A model generated the notes under the pieces. The model ran no database searches and had not been told where the DNA came from. It saw nothing but the letters and a program-made list of their open reading frames with translations. A stretch of DNA of 64,000 nt from a virus: the IMG/VR virus record IMGVR_UViG_3300042446_000499, positions 1 to 64,000 of that record; one strand, written 5' to 3'. Shown piece after piece: positions 28,572 through 38,137 of the stretch. How positions within the stretch are numbered: position 1 is the stretch's first letter; every line of letters begins with the position of its first letter. The position numbers and the translations under genes were made by a program.

Positions 28572-30092
28572 ATGCCTAGTTTTGATTATACAAGCAGGGA
28601 TTACCTGTCTATTCGCCAAGATATTTTAGACCGTGCATCAGCACTTGTTCCTGAATGGTCTAACCGCAATTCGTCTGATTTTGGAATGGTCTTAGTAGAC
28701 CTCTGGGCATACCTTGGAGATATTCTTCATTATTACGTAGACCGTGCTGCTGCTGAAACATATCTTGGAACAGCAGTAAACTCCTCTAGTGTTTTGGCTT
28801 TAGCAAACTTATTTGATTATCGCCCTGCTTATCAAACGTCTGCAATTGGTTCTGTGTCTTTATCTGCTAACACTCTTAACCATTCAGACACAATCATAAT
28901 TCCACAAAATACTGGATTTGTTGCTGCTGCAACGGACAATGAACCTTTGGTTTATTATACAACTACTGCATCTGCAAGTATGGGTCCTTCTGTTTCTTCT
29001 GTAGTTGTTGAAGTTGCTGAAGGTAAGTACGTAGATAGCGAATCGCCTATACAGGCAGTAACCCGTAACACATACAGCAACGGTACTGCTGGACAACGTT
29101 TTAACCTACGGTACACAGGGGTAATCCCTTCCAGCATTATTCTTTATGTTGCTGAAGGTCCTAGTTCTGGTGGGGTTCCAAGTAACGTTCAATACTTTTA
29201 TACAGCAGATGTAACGTTAAGTACTTCAAGCAGTAAAGTTTTTGGAATTGAAATCGCTGCTGATGGTATTGCTCAAGTTGTTTTTGGAAATGGCGTTAAC
29301 GGAAAAATCCCTAACAACCGTGCTGAAATAGTAGTTTCATACCGTTATGGTCAGGGTTCTGTTGGGAACATTTCTTCAGGACGAATTACAGCATTTGACG
29401 CTGGTTCTAATATTAATACAGTTTCTATCTTGTCATCATCAGTTGCTACAGGTGGTACAGATTCTGAATCATTAGAATCAATGAAAACAAACATACCTTT
29501 AATGTTCCGAACTCAAAACCGTGCGGTATCTATTCAAGATTTTAAAGACTTAGCGTTAAGAGTTCCTCAAGTAGTTAAAGCAACATCTGAAATTGTTGCT
29601 GGTAGTTCTGCTCCTACAGAAATTTTAGTTTATGGTCTTCCTTTTCAATCTGATTACTTAACAACTACAAGTAATTCAATTACTGTTCCAAATTTTATAA
29701 AAGATGGAATTATTGAATACTTTGAACCACGAACATTAGTTGGTGCTAGTGTTGGTGCTGCTAATAGCGTTCCATTAGATGCTGTAAAAGTTTCTGCAAC
29801 TGTTTATATTGAGGATAATGCAGTTACTTATTCAGTGGCTTCCGCAGTTTCAGATGCTATTGACACTTTCTTTTTGTTTGACAACGTGTTGTTTGGGCAA
29901 ACATTATCAATTGGTGCTTTTTACAAAGCAATACAAAGTGTTCAAGGTGTTGATTATGTAATTATTACTGCTTTTAATAATAATGAATCTGGAACAGTAT
30001 CAACAACTATAACGGCGGCTAGCAATACGTTATTTAGAAAAGGTCTTGTTACGTTAACAACTGTTGGTGGTATCACAGGAACGTTTGTTTAA
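28572..30092 (+). CDS. Baseplate J-like wedge protein
   Basis: DYTSRDY, SDFG, FGNGVNGKIP, GGTDSES, RAVSIQDF motifs. Confidence 0.9.
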   Translation: MPSFDYTSRDYLSIRQDILDRASALVPEWSNRNSSDFGMVLVDLWAYLGDILHYYVDRAAAETYLGTAVNSSSVLALANLFDYRPAYQTSAIGSVSLSANTLNHSDTIIIPQNTGFVAAATDNEPLVYYTTTASASMGPSVSSVVVEVAEGKYVDSESPIQAVTRNTYSNGTAGQRFNLRYTGVIPSSIILYVAEGPSSGGVPSNVQYFYTADVTLSTSSSKVFGIEIAADGIAQVVFGNGVNGKIPNNRAEIVVSYRYGQGSVGNISSGRITAFDAGSNINTVSILSSSVATGGTDSESLESMKTNIPLMFRTQNRAVSIQDFKDLALRVPQVVKATSEIVAGSSAPTEILVYGLPFQSDYLTTTSNSITVPNFIKDGIIEYFEPRTLVGASVGAANSVPLDAVKVSATVYIEDNAVTYSVASAVSDAIDTFFLFDNVLFGQTLSIGAFYKAIQSVQGVDYVIITAFNNNESGTVSTTITAASNTLFRKGLVTLTTVGGITGTFV

Positions 30093-30094
30093 AT

Positions 30095-31825
30095 ATGGCT
30101 TATACATCTTTTACACTTCGTAAAACTAGCGCTGGTTCAAACCTTCGTAAAGATAATGGGACAGATAATGCAATACGTTCCGACGGCATTTCTATTGAAA
30201 ATATTATCTCTACTTTTACAACAGGTACAAACACTTTTACTGCTAATGTAATTAACCAAGGTACTGTGCGTCTTTCCTGGACCTTAGCAGAAACCCTTGT
30301 TGAAGTTGTAAGTGCAGGAGTTGCACCAACAGAACTTCGTATTGTTTCATCATTTAGTGGGGAGCCTACAACTATCCGTGATGGTAGTCTTGTGCAAATT
30401 ATTACGGCTACAACTGCAACTAACATCTATGATGATATTCCTGTAGTACAAGAGGGTCGTTGGGTTTATTATTCTTTGTTTGTAAAATATGGCAGTACCA
30501 CAGACTACTGGTACGAACGTGTAGCAACTCTATATATTCAAATACCTATTACTTATGGTTCTGTTGAATCATTATGGCAACATATTCCTGAATACTACAA
30601 AACTCTTGATTATGCTCAACCAGACCTTACAAATGGTTATACACCTTTGTATGCTTTTCTTGAATTGTTTGGTAATGAAATAGACCGCACACGAACACTT
30701 ATTGAAAGTGTTGCTCTATCTAACGACCCTGAGTTAGCAGTAACACCAGCACTACAACAACTTGCTAAAGAAGTTGGATTAGAAATAACAACTGACGATT
30801 TAGGTACAAGCAAAGTTCGTGCGTTACTAAACAACATTGGAACACTTCGTCAACAAAAAGGAACAATTTCAAATATCTGTTCTTACATTTCAGCACTAAC
30901 AGGTTGTCGTGTTGAATATGAATTTGACGGTGCGCTTCCTAAACCCCATGTCTTTAATATCTACGCACAACGAATTAACTTTATTTCAGACCCAGAATTT
31001 GTAGACACTACTATTACAACGACAACAGCCACAGTAACCAAAGGTGGTAGCACCGTCTACGCCCAAAGGTACTTAACTGCTACTTGGGGTGTTGTTGTGT
31101 ATGGTTCAGATGTTATTAGCACCTCTAGCCCATCTGTTGGAGCAGCAGGCGGAGGACTTGTAAACTTAGACAACAGTATTGAAATTCAAATGCCCAGTGG
31201 TTCTTATGCAAACAGAACCGTGCTTGTTTACCCACGGATTCCCTTTCCATACCTTGGTACAGAAACATACGGAACTAGTTATGATTACTCAAGTACATCT
31301 GGTGCTTCTTTTTCTGCTTTACACACATCTACAAACACTGTAAGAACCACATGGGAAACTACAACAACTTGGCCTGCTTCTTTATTTGCCGATGATTCAT
31401 GGTACACAAGCCCTAAGTACACATTTAATAATTTGTCCTACCGCCCAAGTTTAGAATACACACCATCTACAACTGGAGCATCTGCAACAGCAAGTTCCGT
31501 ACCAGTTCTAGTGTTTGAAATGGCACCTAATAGTTCTATTACAATTGGTAATTGGTTATTTGAGCCTGCAACAGACGGTGATTATTTCTCAGGAAACACC
31601 CGTGATGGTGGATATGTCCCTATCCAAACGGGAACTTTGGGTGGAGGAACGTTTGACTATTATTGGGATACAAGCGGTGGTGGTGCCAACAATTCATATT
31701 CCTATTACCTTTTGGACCATGAACGTACTATTAAAACTACCGAACGAGTCATTGGACAATACATTGTTCCTGTGACTATGGTGGAAGATTACACCCTAGA
31801 ATGGGATTACTACAGCGGAAAGTAA
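30095..31825 (+). CDS. Baseplate wedge / tail protein I-like
   Basis: IPEYY..LD, FLELFG, KGT..ISALTG motifs. Confidence 0.7.
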   Translation: MAYTSFTLRKTSAGSNLRKDNGTDNAIRSDGISIENIISTFTTGTNTFTANVINQGTVRLSWTLAETLVEVVSAGVAPTELRIVSSFSGEPTTIRDGSLVQIITATTATNIYDDIPVVQEGRWVYYSLFVKYGSTTDYWYERVATLYIQIPITYGSVESLWQHIPEYYKTLDYAQPDLTNGYTPLYAFLELFGNEIDRTRTLIESVALSNDPELAVTPALQQLAKEVGLEITTDDLGTSKVRALLNNIGTLRQQKGTISNICSYISALTGCRVEYEFDGALPKPHVFNIYAQRINFISDPEFVDTTITTTTATVTKGGSTVYAQRYLTATWGVVVYGSDVISTSSPSVGAAGGGLVNLDNSIEIQMPSGSYANRTVLVYPRIPFPYLGTETYGTSYDYSSTSGASFSALHTSTNTVRTTWETTTTWPASLFADDSWYTSPKYTFNNLSYRPSLEYTPSTTGASATASSVPVLVFEMAPNSSITIGNWLFEPATDGDYFSGNTRDGGYVPIQTGTLGGGTFDYYWDTSGGGANNSYSYYLLDHERTIKTTERVIGQYIVPVTMVEDYTLEWDYYSGK

Positions 31826-31828
31826 AAG

Positions 31829-32083
31829 ATGAATTATATAATTGCTGGACTAGCAGTCTACAAAATGTTACAAATACTGGATGTACTTACCCCTAAAGAA
31901 GCAATGCCCTGGGTAAAGATTGTTTTTGGTGTCCTTTTGGGCTATGTGTCTACACTTCTCCTGGAAGTTCCCAATGTTCCCCTAAGTGGCTTGGTGATTG
32001 CAACAATTGCTGGTACAGTACATGGTCTGCTCAGGTTGCTAACACTTTTAGGAGACTGGGCACAACGCAAAGCAACACGTTAG
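31829..32083 (+). CDS. Small membrane protein (holin-like)
   Basis: 84 aa with 2-3 hydrophobic helices and basic C-terminus. Confidence 0.55.
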   Translation: MNYIIAGLAVYKMLQILDVLTPKEAMPWVKIVFGVLLGYVSTLLLEVPNVPLSGLVIATIAGTVHGLLRLLTLLGDWAQRKATR

Positions 32084-32092
32084 GAATACAAA

Positions 32093-32908
32093 ATGGCGCA
32101 TTACGGAATCATTGGAAGCGGAAAATGTGGAGAGAACATCATTGAAGATGGTCTTTCCGAAATAGGTGTGGAGAATAACGTATTTCTCGTTTACCCACGC
32201 AAGGGAGCAACTAGTTCCGAAGACCGTGTGTATGACTTCATGATTGATAATGAAGCAGAGTACATTGCCTATGTTAAGAGCAATGCTCCACAGGCTCTTG
32301 TGGATAACGCCTCAAAGGTTTTTGATGTCACTGGTGGTGATGCATGGTTAGAAATACTCACTACGTTGAAGAGCAAAAAGGGAACACTCCTTGTCCTTTG
32401 GGATGTTGACCATGAAGAAAACCTTATGAACTTTGTGTTTAAAGCCCATGATATGGGTATCCCTGTTCAAGAGTTGAGCAATGGTTTGGTCCCTATCAAT
32501 GTGGAAAGCGCTTCTGAAGAGCCTGCTATAGAGACTGAAATTGTTGAGATTGAACCGTTCTCTGAAGCCGAGATGCGGTCTATGAGTATTGGTGTCCTTC
32601 GTAAAGCCGCCACAGCACGTGGTGTAGAAGGTGTAGGAGCATATTCCAAGGACGAACTTGTTGAACGTTTGATTGACAAGAAAACACACGTAGAAAATAT
32701 TGAGGAGCCTGAAGTGGCAACAACTGGAATCAACCCAACAACGACTATTAATTACAGCGTGTCAGTACCTACTCAGGAACGTCCACAAATGGTGGCTCCT
32801 GATGGCGACTGCATGGTTACCGTAGTAATGCCTAATGGAACTGTTATCAGCACCCCAGCAACAATAGAAGAAGTGCGTGTCCTATTAGGACTTAGTGGAG
32901 GCCTTTAA
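32093..32908 (+). CDS. Hypothetical protein with Rho-N/HeH-like domain
   Basis: MSIGVLRKAATARGVEGVGAYSKDELVERL; Rossmann-like YGIIGSG start. Confidence 0.5.
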   Translation: MAHYGIIGSGKCGENIIEDGLSEIGVENNVFLVYPRKGATSSEDRVYDFMIDNEAEYIAYVKSNAPQALVDNASKVFDVTGGDAWLEILTTLKSKKGTLLVLWDVDHEENLMNFVFKAHDMGIPVQELSNGLVPINVESASEEPAIETEIVEIEPFSEAEMRSMSIGVLRKAATARGVEGVGAYSKDELVERLIDKKTHVENIEEPEVATTGINPTTTINYSVSVPTQERPQMVAPDGDCMVTVVMPNGTVISTPATIEEVRVLLGLSGGL

Positions 32909-33325
32909 CTGCCAACGCCACTTCTTATGCATGTCATCACGTTCTGCTAAGAAGTTCATAATGCCTTGCTCGTTTGCTTTGTTGGCTGCTTCTTGAGCCT
33001 TTGCAATTGATTCAAGGATTCCGTCATTAAGACGCAGTAACTCTTTTGCCATTGCTTTTGGTTCAGGGTTAACATCCTTTGCTTCAATGGTGCGAAGGTC
33101 ACTGAACTTGCTCAAAGTGTAGGGAGCGTACTCATCCATCTTACGGATGTCTTCTGCAATAGGGTCAATGCTGGAGTACACATCTTCATAGATTTCCGCA
33201 AACAATGCGTGGTACTGAGAGAAGTCTTGACCTTCTACGTTCCAATGAAAACCATGTGCAGCAAAATACATTGTTACTGCATCAGATAATACTGTCTTGA
33301 GAGAGTTAGTTAGTGCACTCACCAT
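32885..33325 (-). CDS. dps: Dps/ferritin-like DNA-protection protein
   Basis: HGFHWNVEGQDFSQYHALFAEIYE, DPIAEDIR, HKKWRWQL. Confidence 0.92.
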   Translation of the reverse strand: MVSALTNSLKTVLSDAVTMYFAAHGFHWNVEGQDFSQYHALFAEIYEDVYSSIDPIAEDIRKMDEYAPYTLSKFSDLRTIEAKDVNPEPKAMAKELLRLNDGILESIAKAQEAANKANEQGIMNFLAERDDMHKKWRWQLKASTKS

Positions 33326-33585
33326 TTCTCCTTGTTTGCCCAATAAGCGGCGCTCATTTTGCCTTTAGCAATGTTCTTTGCATGACGGTCTTTGAACGCT
33401 TTATTACGAGCAGAACCATCAGGGGAACCCGATACACCTTGTTGACCAAAACGAATAGTTTTAATCTGGTCACCTTCTTTGGCAACAACAATGTGTGATT
33501 TAGTTGGATGGTCAGGCGTTGCTTTTGGTTTGTTAAAACCAGAAACTCCTGCACGTTCTAATCGTGGGTCTTTTTTGGAAGGCAT
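33319..33585 (-). CDS. Small basic phage protein
   Basis: KSHIVVAK..KTIRFGQQG..FKDRH..SAAYWA, widespread phage motif. Confidence 0.7.
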   Translation of the reverse strand: MPSKKDPRLERAGVSGFNKPKATPDHPTKSHIVVAKEGDQIKTIRFGQQGVSGSPDGSARNKAFKDRHAKNIAKGKMSAAYWANKEKW

Positions 33586-33809
33586 TAGTCATCACCTTTA
33601 CTTCTACCAGCAAAGTATCCACCGATGATACCAATCAAACCAACCAATGCATTTTGCACTAAAGCAATAGCATCTGAGTTAGTTGCAAACTTTTCACCAG
33701 TAGAAGCCTGCTGTGCAAGCATTGAAGCGTATTCACCAATAACAACCAAGCCAATGAACCCTAGAATACCTAGAGTGATGTACACCATAAGTTTGTCTTT
33801 GATATTCAT
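33585..33809 (-). CDS. Two-TM membrane protein
   Basis: Two hydrophobic helices, IGGYFAG; TAATG coupling. Confidence 0.65.
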   Translation of the reverse strand: MNIKDKLMVYITLGILGFIGLVVIGEYASMLAQQASTGEKFATNSDAIALVQNALVGLIGIIGGYFAGRSKGDD

Positions 33810-33982
33810 TACTTCTTCTTAGCAGGTGTTTTTTTAGACACAGCCATATTGTCTACTAAGTTTGGGTAAGGTCGTCCTGCTTTTTTAGCACGAGCCTTTG
33901 CTTCAGCCTTTTTTTCAGGCGTCAATTTCTTATCTTTTTTGGATGGGTCTGGTGTATCCCAGACTTCTTTTTTCTTTGTCAT
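33809..33982 (-). CDS. Small basic protein
   Basis: AKARAKKAGRPYPNLVDN; TATCAT hexamer 8 nt upstream on minus strand. Confidence 0.65.
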   Translation of the reverse strand: MTKKKEVWDTPDPSKKDKKLTPEKKAEAKARAKKAGRPYPNLVDNMAVSKKTPAKKK

Positions 33983-34053
33983 ACTTTTCAATGATACTAG
34001 ACATGGAGGTGACTTTTCGGTGTAGGATGCATACCCCAACACAAGGAGTACAA

Positions 34054-34527
34054 ATGGCAGACGGACCTTTTATTCAATTCCCCAAATGGCTTAGAGAGTA
34101 TCTAAGGGGGGACGCCACCACCACGGATGTATTGCTGGAATTGCTTGGGTACATGGACGGAAAGACCCAAAAGTTGACGACTTCTTATGGGCATATTGCT
34201 GAACGCACTGGATATCACCGCACGACAGTCATCAAGTCTGTGAACAAATTGGTGGAACTTGGGGTGCTGGTAAAGCAGAACCGAAGCAAGAATGGGCGCT
34301 CATTGACCAACGAATTTTACGTCAATTTCAATAACCCAAACTACCTCACAGTAGGGGTAGTGTCAGAACTACCCTCCCCATTAGGGGTAGTCGGGGGACT
34401 ACTGGGTGGTAGTCCTGGGGCTACCCCCGAGGGTAGTCGGGGCGCTACCCAATTAAGAATAAAGAACAAGAATAAAAAGAACAAGAAGGAAAATTTGGGA
34501 AAGATAGACCCAAGGTTGGTGTCATGA
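34054..34527 (+). CDS. HTH replication initiator (lambda O-like arrangement)
   Basis: SYGHIAERTGYHRTTVIKSVNKLVELG HTH; internal iterons; AAGGAG RBS; followed by DnaC/DnaB. Confidence 0.8.
   Translation: MADGPFIQFPKWLREYLRGDATTTDVLLELLGYMDGKTQKLTTSYGHIAERTGYHRTTVIKSVNKLVELGVLVKQNRSKNGRSLTNEFYVNFNNPNYLTVGVVSELPSPLGVVGGLLGGSPGATPEGSRGATQLRIKNKNKKNKKENLGKIDPRLVS
34355..34495. repeat. Replication origin: four 20-bp palindromic iterons GGGTAG-N8-CTACCC plus A-rich tract
   Basis: Copies at 34355, 34385, 34407 and 34431; A-rich 34451-34495. Confidence 0.8.
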
Positions 34528-34943
34528 TGTCACGACAGCAAGATGATTGGGGAATGGCATTTGGTTCCGACAAAGATGTTTACACTCCCCCAGTAAAAAA
34601 GAAACCCAAACGAAAAGATTCCACAGCATCTTTGGTTTACGATTTTCGTGACCAGTTGATGATGGACACCAGTAACCTGATGAACTCCCAAGTGAATGGT
34701 CCAGCCATGATGAAAGCGTTCCGCACCATCTTGGATACTGGACGTTCCTATGATGACATCCGAGCAATGATTAACCAGTTCCACAAAGATATTGCTATCA
34801 AACCATTGACCGATGGCATACCAGCATGGAAGGCTTTCATTGGTCGCCTTGATTCCTTGGCTAAAAAGGTTGGCACCACCGAAGATGTACCGAAATATGA
34901 CGGACCTAAGATTGACCCACGATTGATGAGTAATGATGACTGA
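34524..34943 (+). CDS. Hypothetical replication protein
   Basis: ATGA-coupled; ends KIDPRL like the initiator. Confidence 0.6.
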   Translation: MMSRQQDDWGMAFGSDKDVYTPPVKKKPKRKDSTASLVYDFRDQLMMDTSNLMNSQVNGPAMMKAFRTILDTGRSYDDIRAMINQFHKDIAIKPLTDGIPAWKAFIGRLDSLAKKVGTTEDVPKYDGPKIDPRLMSNDD

Positions 34944-35583
34944 ATGGCATAGCAACAAGTATTGGCAAAACCGCTCTAAAGAAGAGCGTTTACGGAACCT
35001 GCGGATTCCAGCCAGATACCTTGGAAAAGACTTAAACACTTATGACAGTGAAGCAGGAGACAGTGAGGCTTTTAATGCCATTAACCACTGGTGTTCCAAA
35101 GCCACAGACAACCTCACAGAAGGCATGGGAATGGTCCTGTACGGTCCCACAGGCGTTGGAAAGACACATCTAGCCCAAGGGGTGCTTGTGAATGTTGTAG
35201 GCTCCCATACACGCTCAGGAATCTTTGTTACCTCTGACCGTTACGTTGACATGGTTTACGATGAAATGCGTAATGATGGTGAATTGCCTGAACCGTATTC
35301 AGACCCGTTTCTGATGAAGTACATGAGACGAACCTTTGACTTGGTTGTCCTAGATGGTTTGGGAGCAGAGAGGGCAACAACAGAATTTGCTCGTAACGCA
35401 TTGATTTCATTAGTTGACAATCGTTATGAAGAAAAGTTGACAACAGTTGTTACAACTTCTTTGAGTCCTAATGAGTTAAGCCGAACCTACGGAAAGCGTG
35501 TGTTGTCAATCTTTCAAGAGAGTTGCTATTTCATCAACGTTGAGGGACCTGACTACCGAACGGTCTTTAACGATGCAAAGTAA
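34933..35583 (+). CDS. DnaC/IstB-like helicase loader
   Basis: GPTGVGKTHLA, LVVLDGLG, RYE..TVVTT. Confidence 0.88.
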   Translation: MMTEWHSNKYWQNRSKEERLRNLRIPARYLGKDLNTYDSEAGDSEAFNAINHWCSKATDNLTEGMGMVLYGPTGVGKTHLAQGVLVNVVGSHTRSGIFVTSDRYVDMVYDEMRNDGELPEPYSDPFLMKYMRRTFDLVVLDGLGAERATTEFARNALISLVDNRYEEKLTTVVTTSLSPNELSRTYGKRVLSIFQESCYFINVEGPDYRTVFNDAK

Positions 35584-35998
35584 TGACATTGGAAACTTTA
35601 ACGACATAGGTCAAGGGGTTCTGTTTGAAGGTCTTCTTGCTTCTCCACCTGAGCGCCGCTTCTTTCAAAAAGCAGGTTCCGATTGGGATAAGGAATTATC
35701 TAAATGGAAATCTAATGAACTTCCTTTAAAAGCACTTGTTGATTATTCTGACCGACTTGGTATTGACACAGAGGTTTATACATTCCTTGGTCAAGATGCA
35801 GTAGACGCCATTGACCGTTGGCTTGGTCGCAAAGGCATTTCTCTTCCTGTGTATTCGTACAACAGTGTTGAAGAACTTTCCTATGACTTGCGCTTCAAGC
35901 GTTCAGTGCGTACTATCTACGTTCCCGAGCAAGAACAAGCCGCCATCATTGGTCTTCGTGCTACGGTAGCAGACTCTAAGAAAGCATGGTCCATCTAG
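35573..35998 (+). CDS. Hypothetical protein
   Basis: Tiles the replication operon. Confidence 0.6.
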   Translation: MQSNDIGNFNDIGQGVLFEGLLASPPERRFFQKAGSDWDKELSKWKSNELPLKALVDYSDRLGIDTEVYTFLGQDAVDAIDRWLGRKGISLPVYSYNSVEELSYDLRFKRSVRTIYVPEQEQAAIIGLRATVADSKKAWSI

Positions 35999-37248
35999 TG
36001 GCTAACTCAGAACACCTCCTCATTAGCAAGGTTATTCAATCAGGAGATATTAGCCCAATCATTAACGCAGGTCTTAGGTCTGACCACTTCTCAGGCGAGA
36101 CACAGAAAATGTGGATGTGGATTTCAAGTTACTGGAGAGAATACGGAACAGTTCCTACTGACCGTGCATTCCATCAAGAGTTTGGTGATGTAACACTTTC
36201 TGATGCAACGATGGAACCGTTCCCTGCACTTATTGACGAACTGTTTCATTCATTTAAACGGCAACGCCTAATTGAAACCATCAGCACAGTAATGCCTGCG
36301 CTGAACAACAACTTAGTTGATGAAGCCTTTTCTGAATTAGCCGCAGGGTTGCAACGAGCCTCTACAGAGACCGCACGTCTTCGTGATGTTGACATCATCA
36401 CTAACTGGGAATCCCGTATCAGTCGTTACGAAGAAATGCGTAGCATGCCCAATGCTTTGCGAGGTATTCCAACAGGGTTCTTAGGTCTTGACCGAATTAC
36501 AGCAGGACTACGCCCACAGCAGTTGATTACATTTGTTGGCGAAGCAAAGAAGGGTAAGTCAATGATGAGCCTTATCATGGCAAATGCCGCACACGTCCAT
36601 GGCATCAGTCCTTTGTTTGTTTCTTTTGAAATGAGTATTGAAGAGCAAGAGGCTCGTTATGACGCACTTATCTCCAAGGTGTCACACACACGTATTATCC
36701 GTGGTGACATTACTAAACGTGAGATGGAGAAAATTGAAAAGGCTTTGCGTATTCGCAAGAACATGCATCCATTCCACATGACTGAGGACTCTTCATCATT
36801 GACAACTATTAGTGCATTGGCTGGAAAGATTCAACAGTACCGTCCTGGCATCTTGTTTGTAGATGGTGTGTACATGATGGACGATGAGAACGGCGAACCT
36901 AAGAACAGCCCACAAGCCCTTACCAACATCACCCGTTCTCTCAAGCGGCTTGCTCAGAGGTTTGACATCCCAATCGTAGGAACTACTCAAGTGCTATCTT
37001 CAAAGTTAAACAACAAGAAGTCACGTGCTATCACGGCAGACTCAATTGGTTATTCATCTTCTTTTGCACAGGACTCAGACCTAGTGCTTGGCGTAGAGTC
37101 AGACCCTGATATTGACAACCAATCAATCATCCGAGTAGTTATTGCACGTACAGCACCCAAAGGTGAGGTTCGCATTAAGTGGGACTGGGAGAACATGGAT
37201 TTTACGGAGGTAGACGAAAGTGGCAATGAAGACAACTGGTACTACTGA
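35998..37248 (+). CDS. dnaB: DnaB-like replicative helicase
   Basis: GIPTGF..LD, GEAKKGKS, SFEM, VDG, AQDSD. Confidence 0.9.
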   Translation: MANSEHLLISKVIQSGDISPIINAGLRSDHFSGETQKMWMWISSYWREYGTVPTDRAFHQEFGDVTLSDATMEPFPALIDELFHSFKRQRLIETISTVMPALNNNLVDEAFSELAAGLQRASTETARLRDVDIITNWESRISRYEEMRSMPNALRGIPTGFLGLDRITAGLRPQQLITFVGEAKKGKSMMSLIMANAAHVHGISPLFVSFEMSIEEQEARYDALISKVSHTRIIRGDITKREMEKIEKALRIRKNMHPFHMTEDSSSLTTISALAGKIQQYRPGILFVDGVYMMDDENGEPKNSPQALTNITRSLKRLAQRFDIPIVGTTQVLSSKLNNKKSRAITADSIGYSSSFAQDSDLVLGVESDPDIDNQSIIRVVIARTAPKGEVRIKWDWENMDFTEVDESGNEDNWYY

Positions 37249-38137
37249 TATTCAACATGTTCTTGTTGATTTAGGTGTTGAGGTAACTCGTGCTGGAGAA
37301 AGAGAAATCTCTGGTCGTTGCCCCGTACACCTAAGCCGCACAGGGCATGTAGACCATTCACCTTCGTGGTCAATGAATGCTGAGACTGGTTTATGGATTT
37401 GCTATTCGTGTGGTGCTCGTGGAACACTTGTAGGTTTGATTTCTGAATTAACGGGAGACGAGACATCTTTAATTGATGTTCATTCATTTCTGATTAACTC
37501 AAGTCTTGGCAGGATTAATCGTGAAGACATCCCTGAACCTGAACCCGAGATTGATTGGATTTCATACAGTCGTTTTGACGTTGTACCAACGTCTTATTTG
37601 TACAACAGGAACTTAGATGCATCTGTTGCACGTTCCTATGGTATCCGATGGGATACATCAAACAAAGCATGGGTTATTCCTATTGTGTCCCCTTTGGGCC
37701 AACTTATGGGTTGGCAGTCTAAAAAGCCTGACTGGGTTCGCAACTACCCAATTGGTATCAAGAAGAGCCACACTTTGTTTGGTATTGAAAAGTTCTTAAA
37801 CAAACCAGCAGTACTCGTAGAGTCACCTTTAGATGTTATTCGTTTAGCATCTATTACAACAGGGGTACAAGGATTAGCAACTTTTGGTTCATACGTCAGC
37901 ACAGAACAACTTAGTTTGCTTAACTCCGTTGCATCTAAAGTAATTGTGGCAATGGATAATGACGAGGCTGGTTTAAAGGCTAGCAAAATGCTATTTAAAA
38001 CAATGCCCCGATTTGATGATGGTGTTTTATGGTTAAACTATAAGAACACAAAAGCAAAAGACATTGGTGACATGACAGACGAAGAAATCTATGACGCTCT
38101 AAGCACAGCCACTGCAATCCCTGGGTGGGTGCTATGA
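37220..38137 (+). CDS. dnaG: DNA primase (Zn finger plus TOPRIM)
   Basis: CPVH..CYSCG; VES..D; MDNDEAG; KDIGD. Confidence 0.88.
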   Translation: MAMKTTGTTDIQHVLVDLGVEVTRAGEREISGRCPVHLSRTGHVDHSPSWSMNAETGLWICYSCGARGTLVGLISELTGDETSLIDVHSFLINSSLGRINREDIPEPEPEIDWISYSRFDVVPTSYLYNRNLDASVARSYGIRWDTSNKAWVIPIVSPLGQLMGWQSKKPDWVRNYPIGIKKSHTLFGIEKFLNKPAVLVESPLDVIRLASITTGVQGLATFGSYVSTEQLSLLNSVASKVIVAMDNDEAGLKASKMLFKTMPRFDDGVLWLNYKNTKAKDIGDMTDEEIYDALSTATAIPGWVL

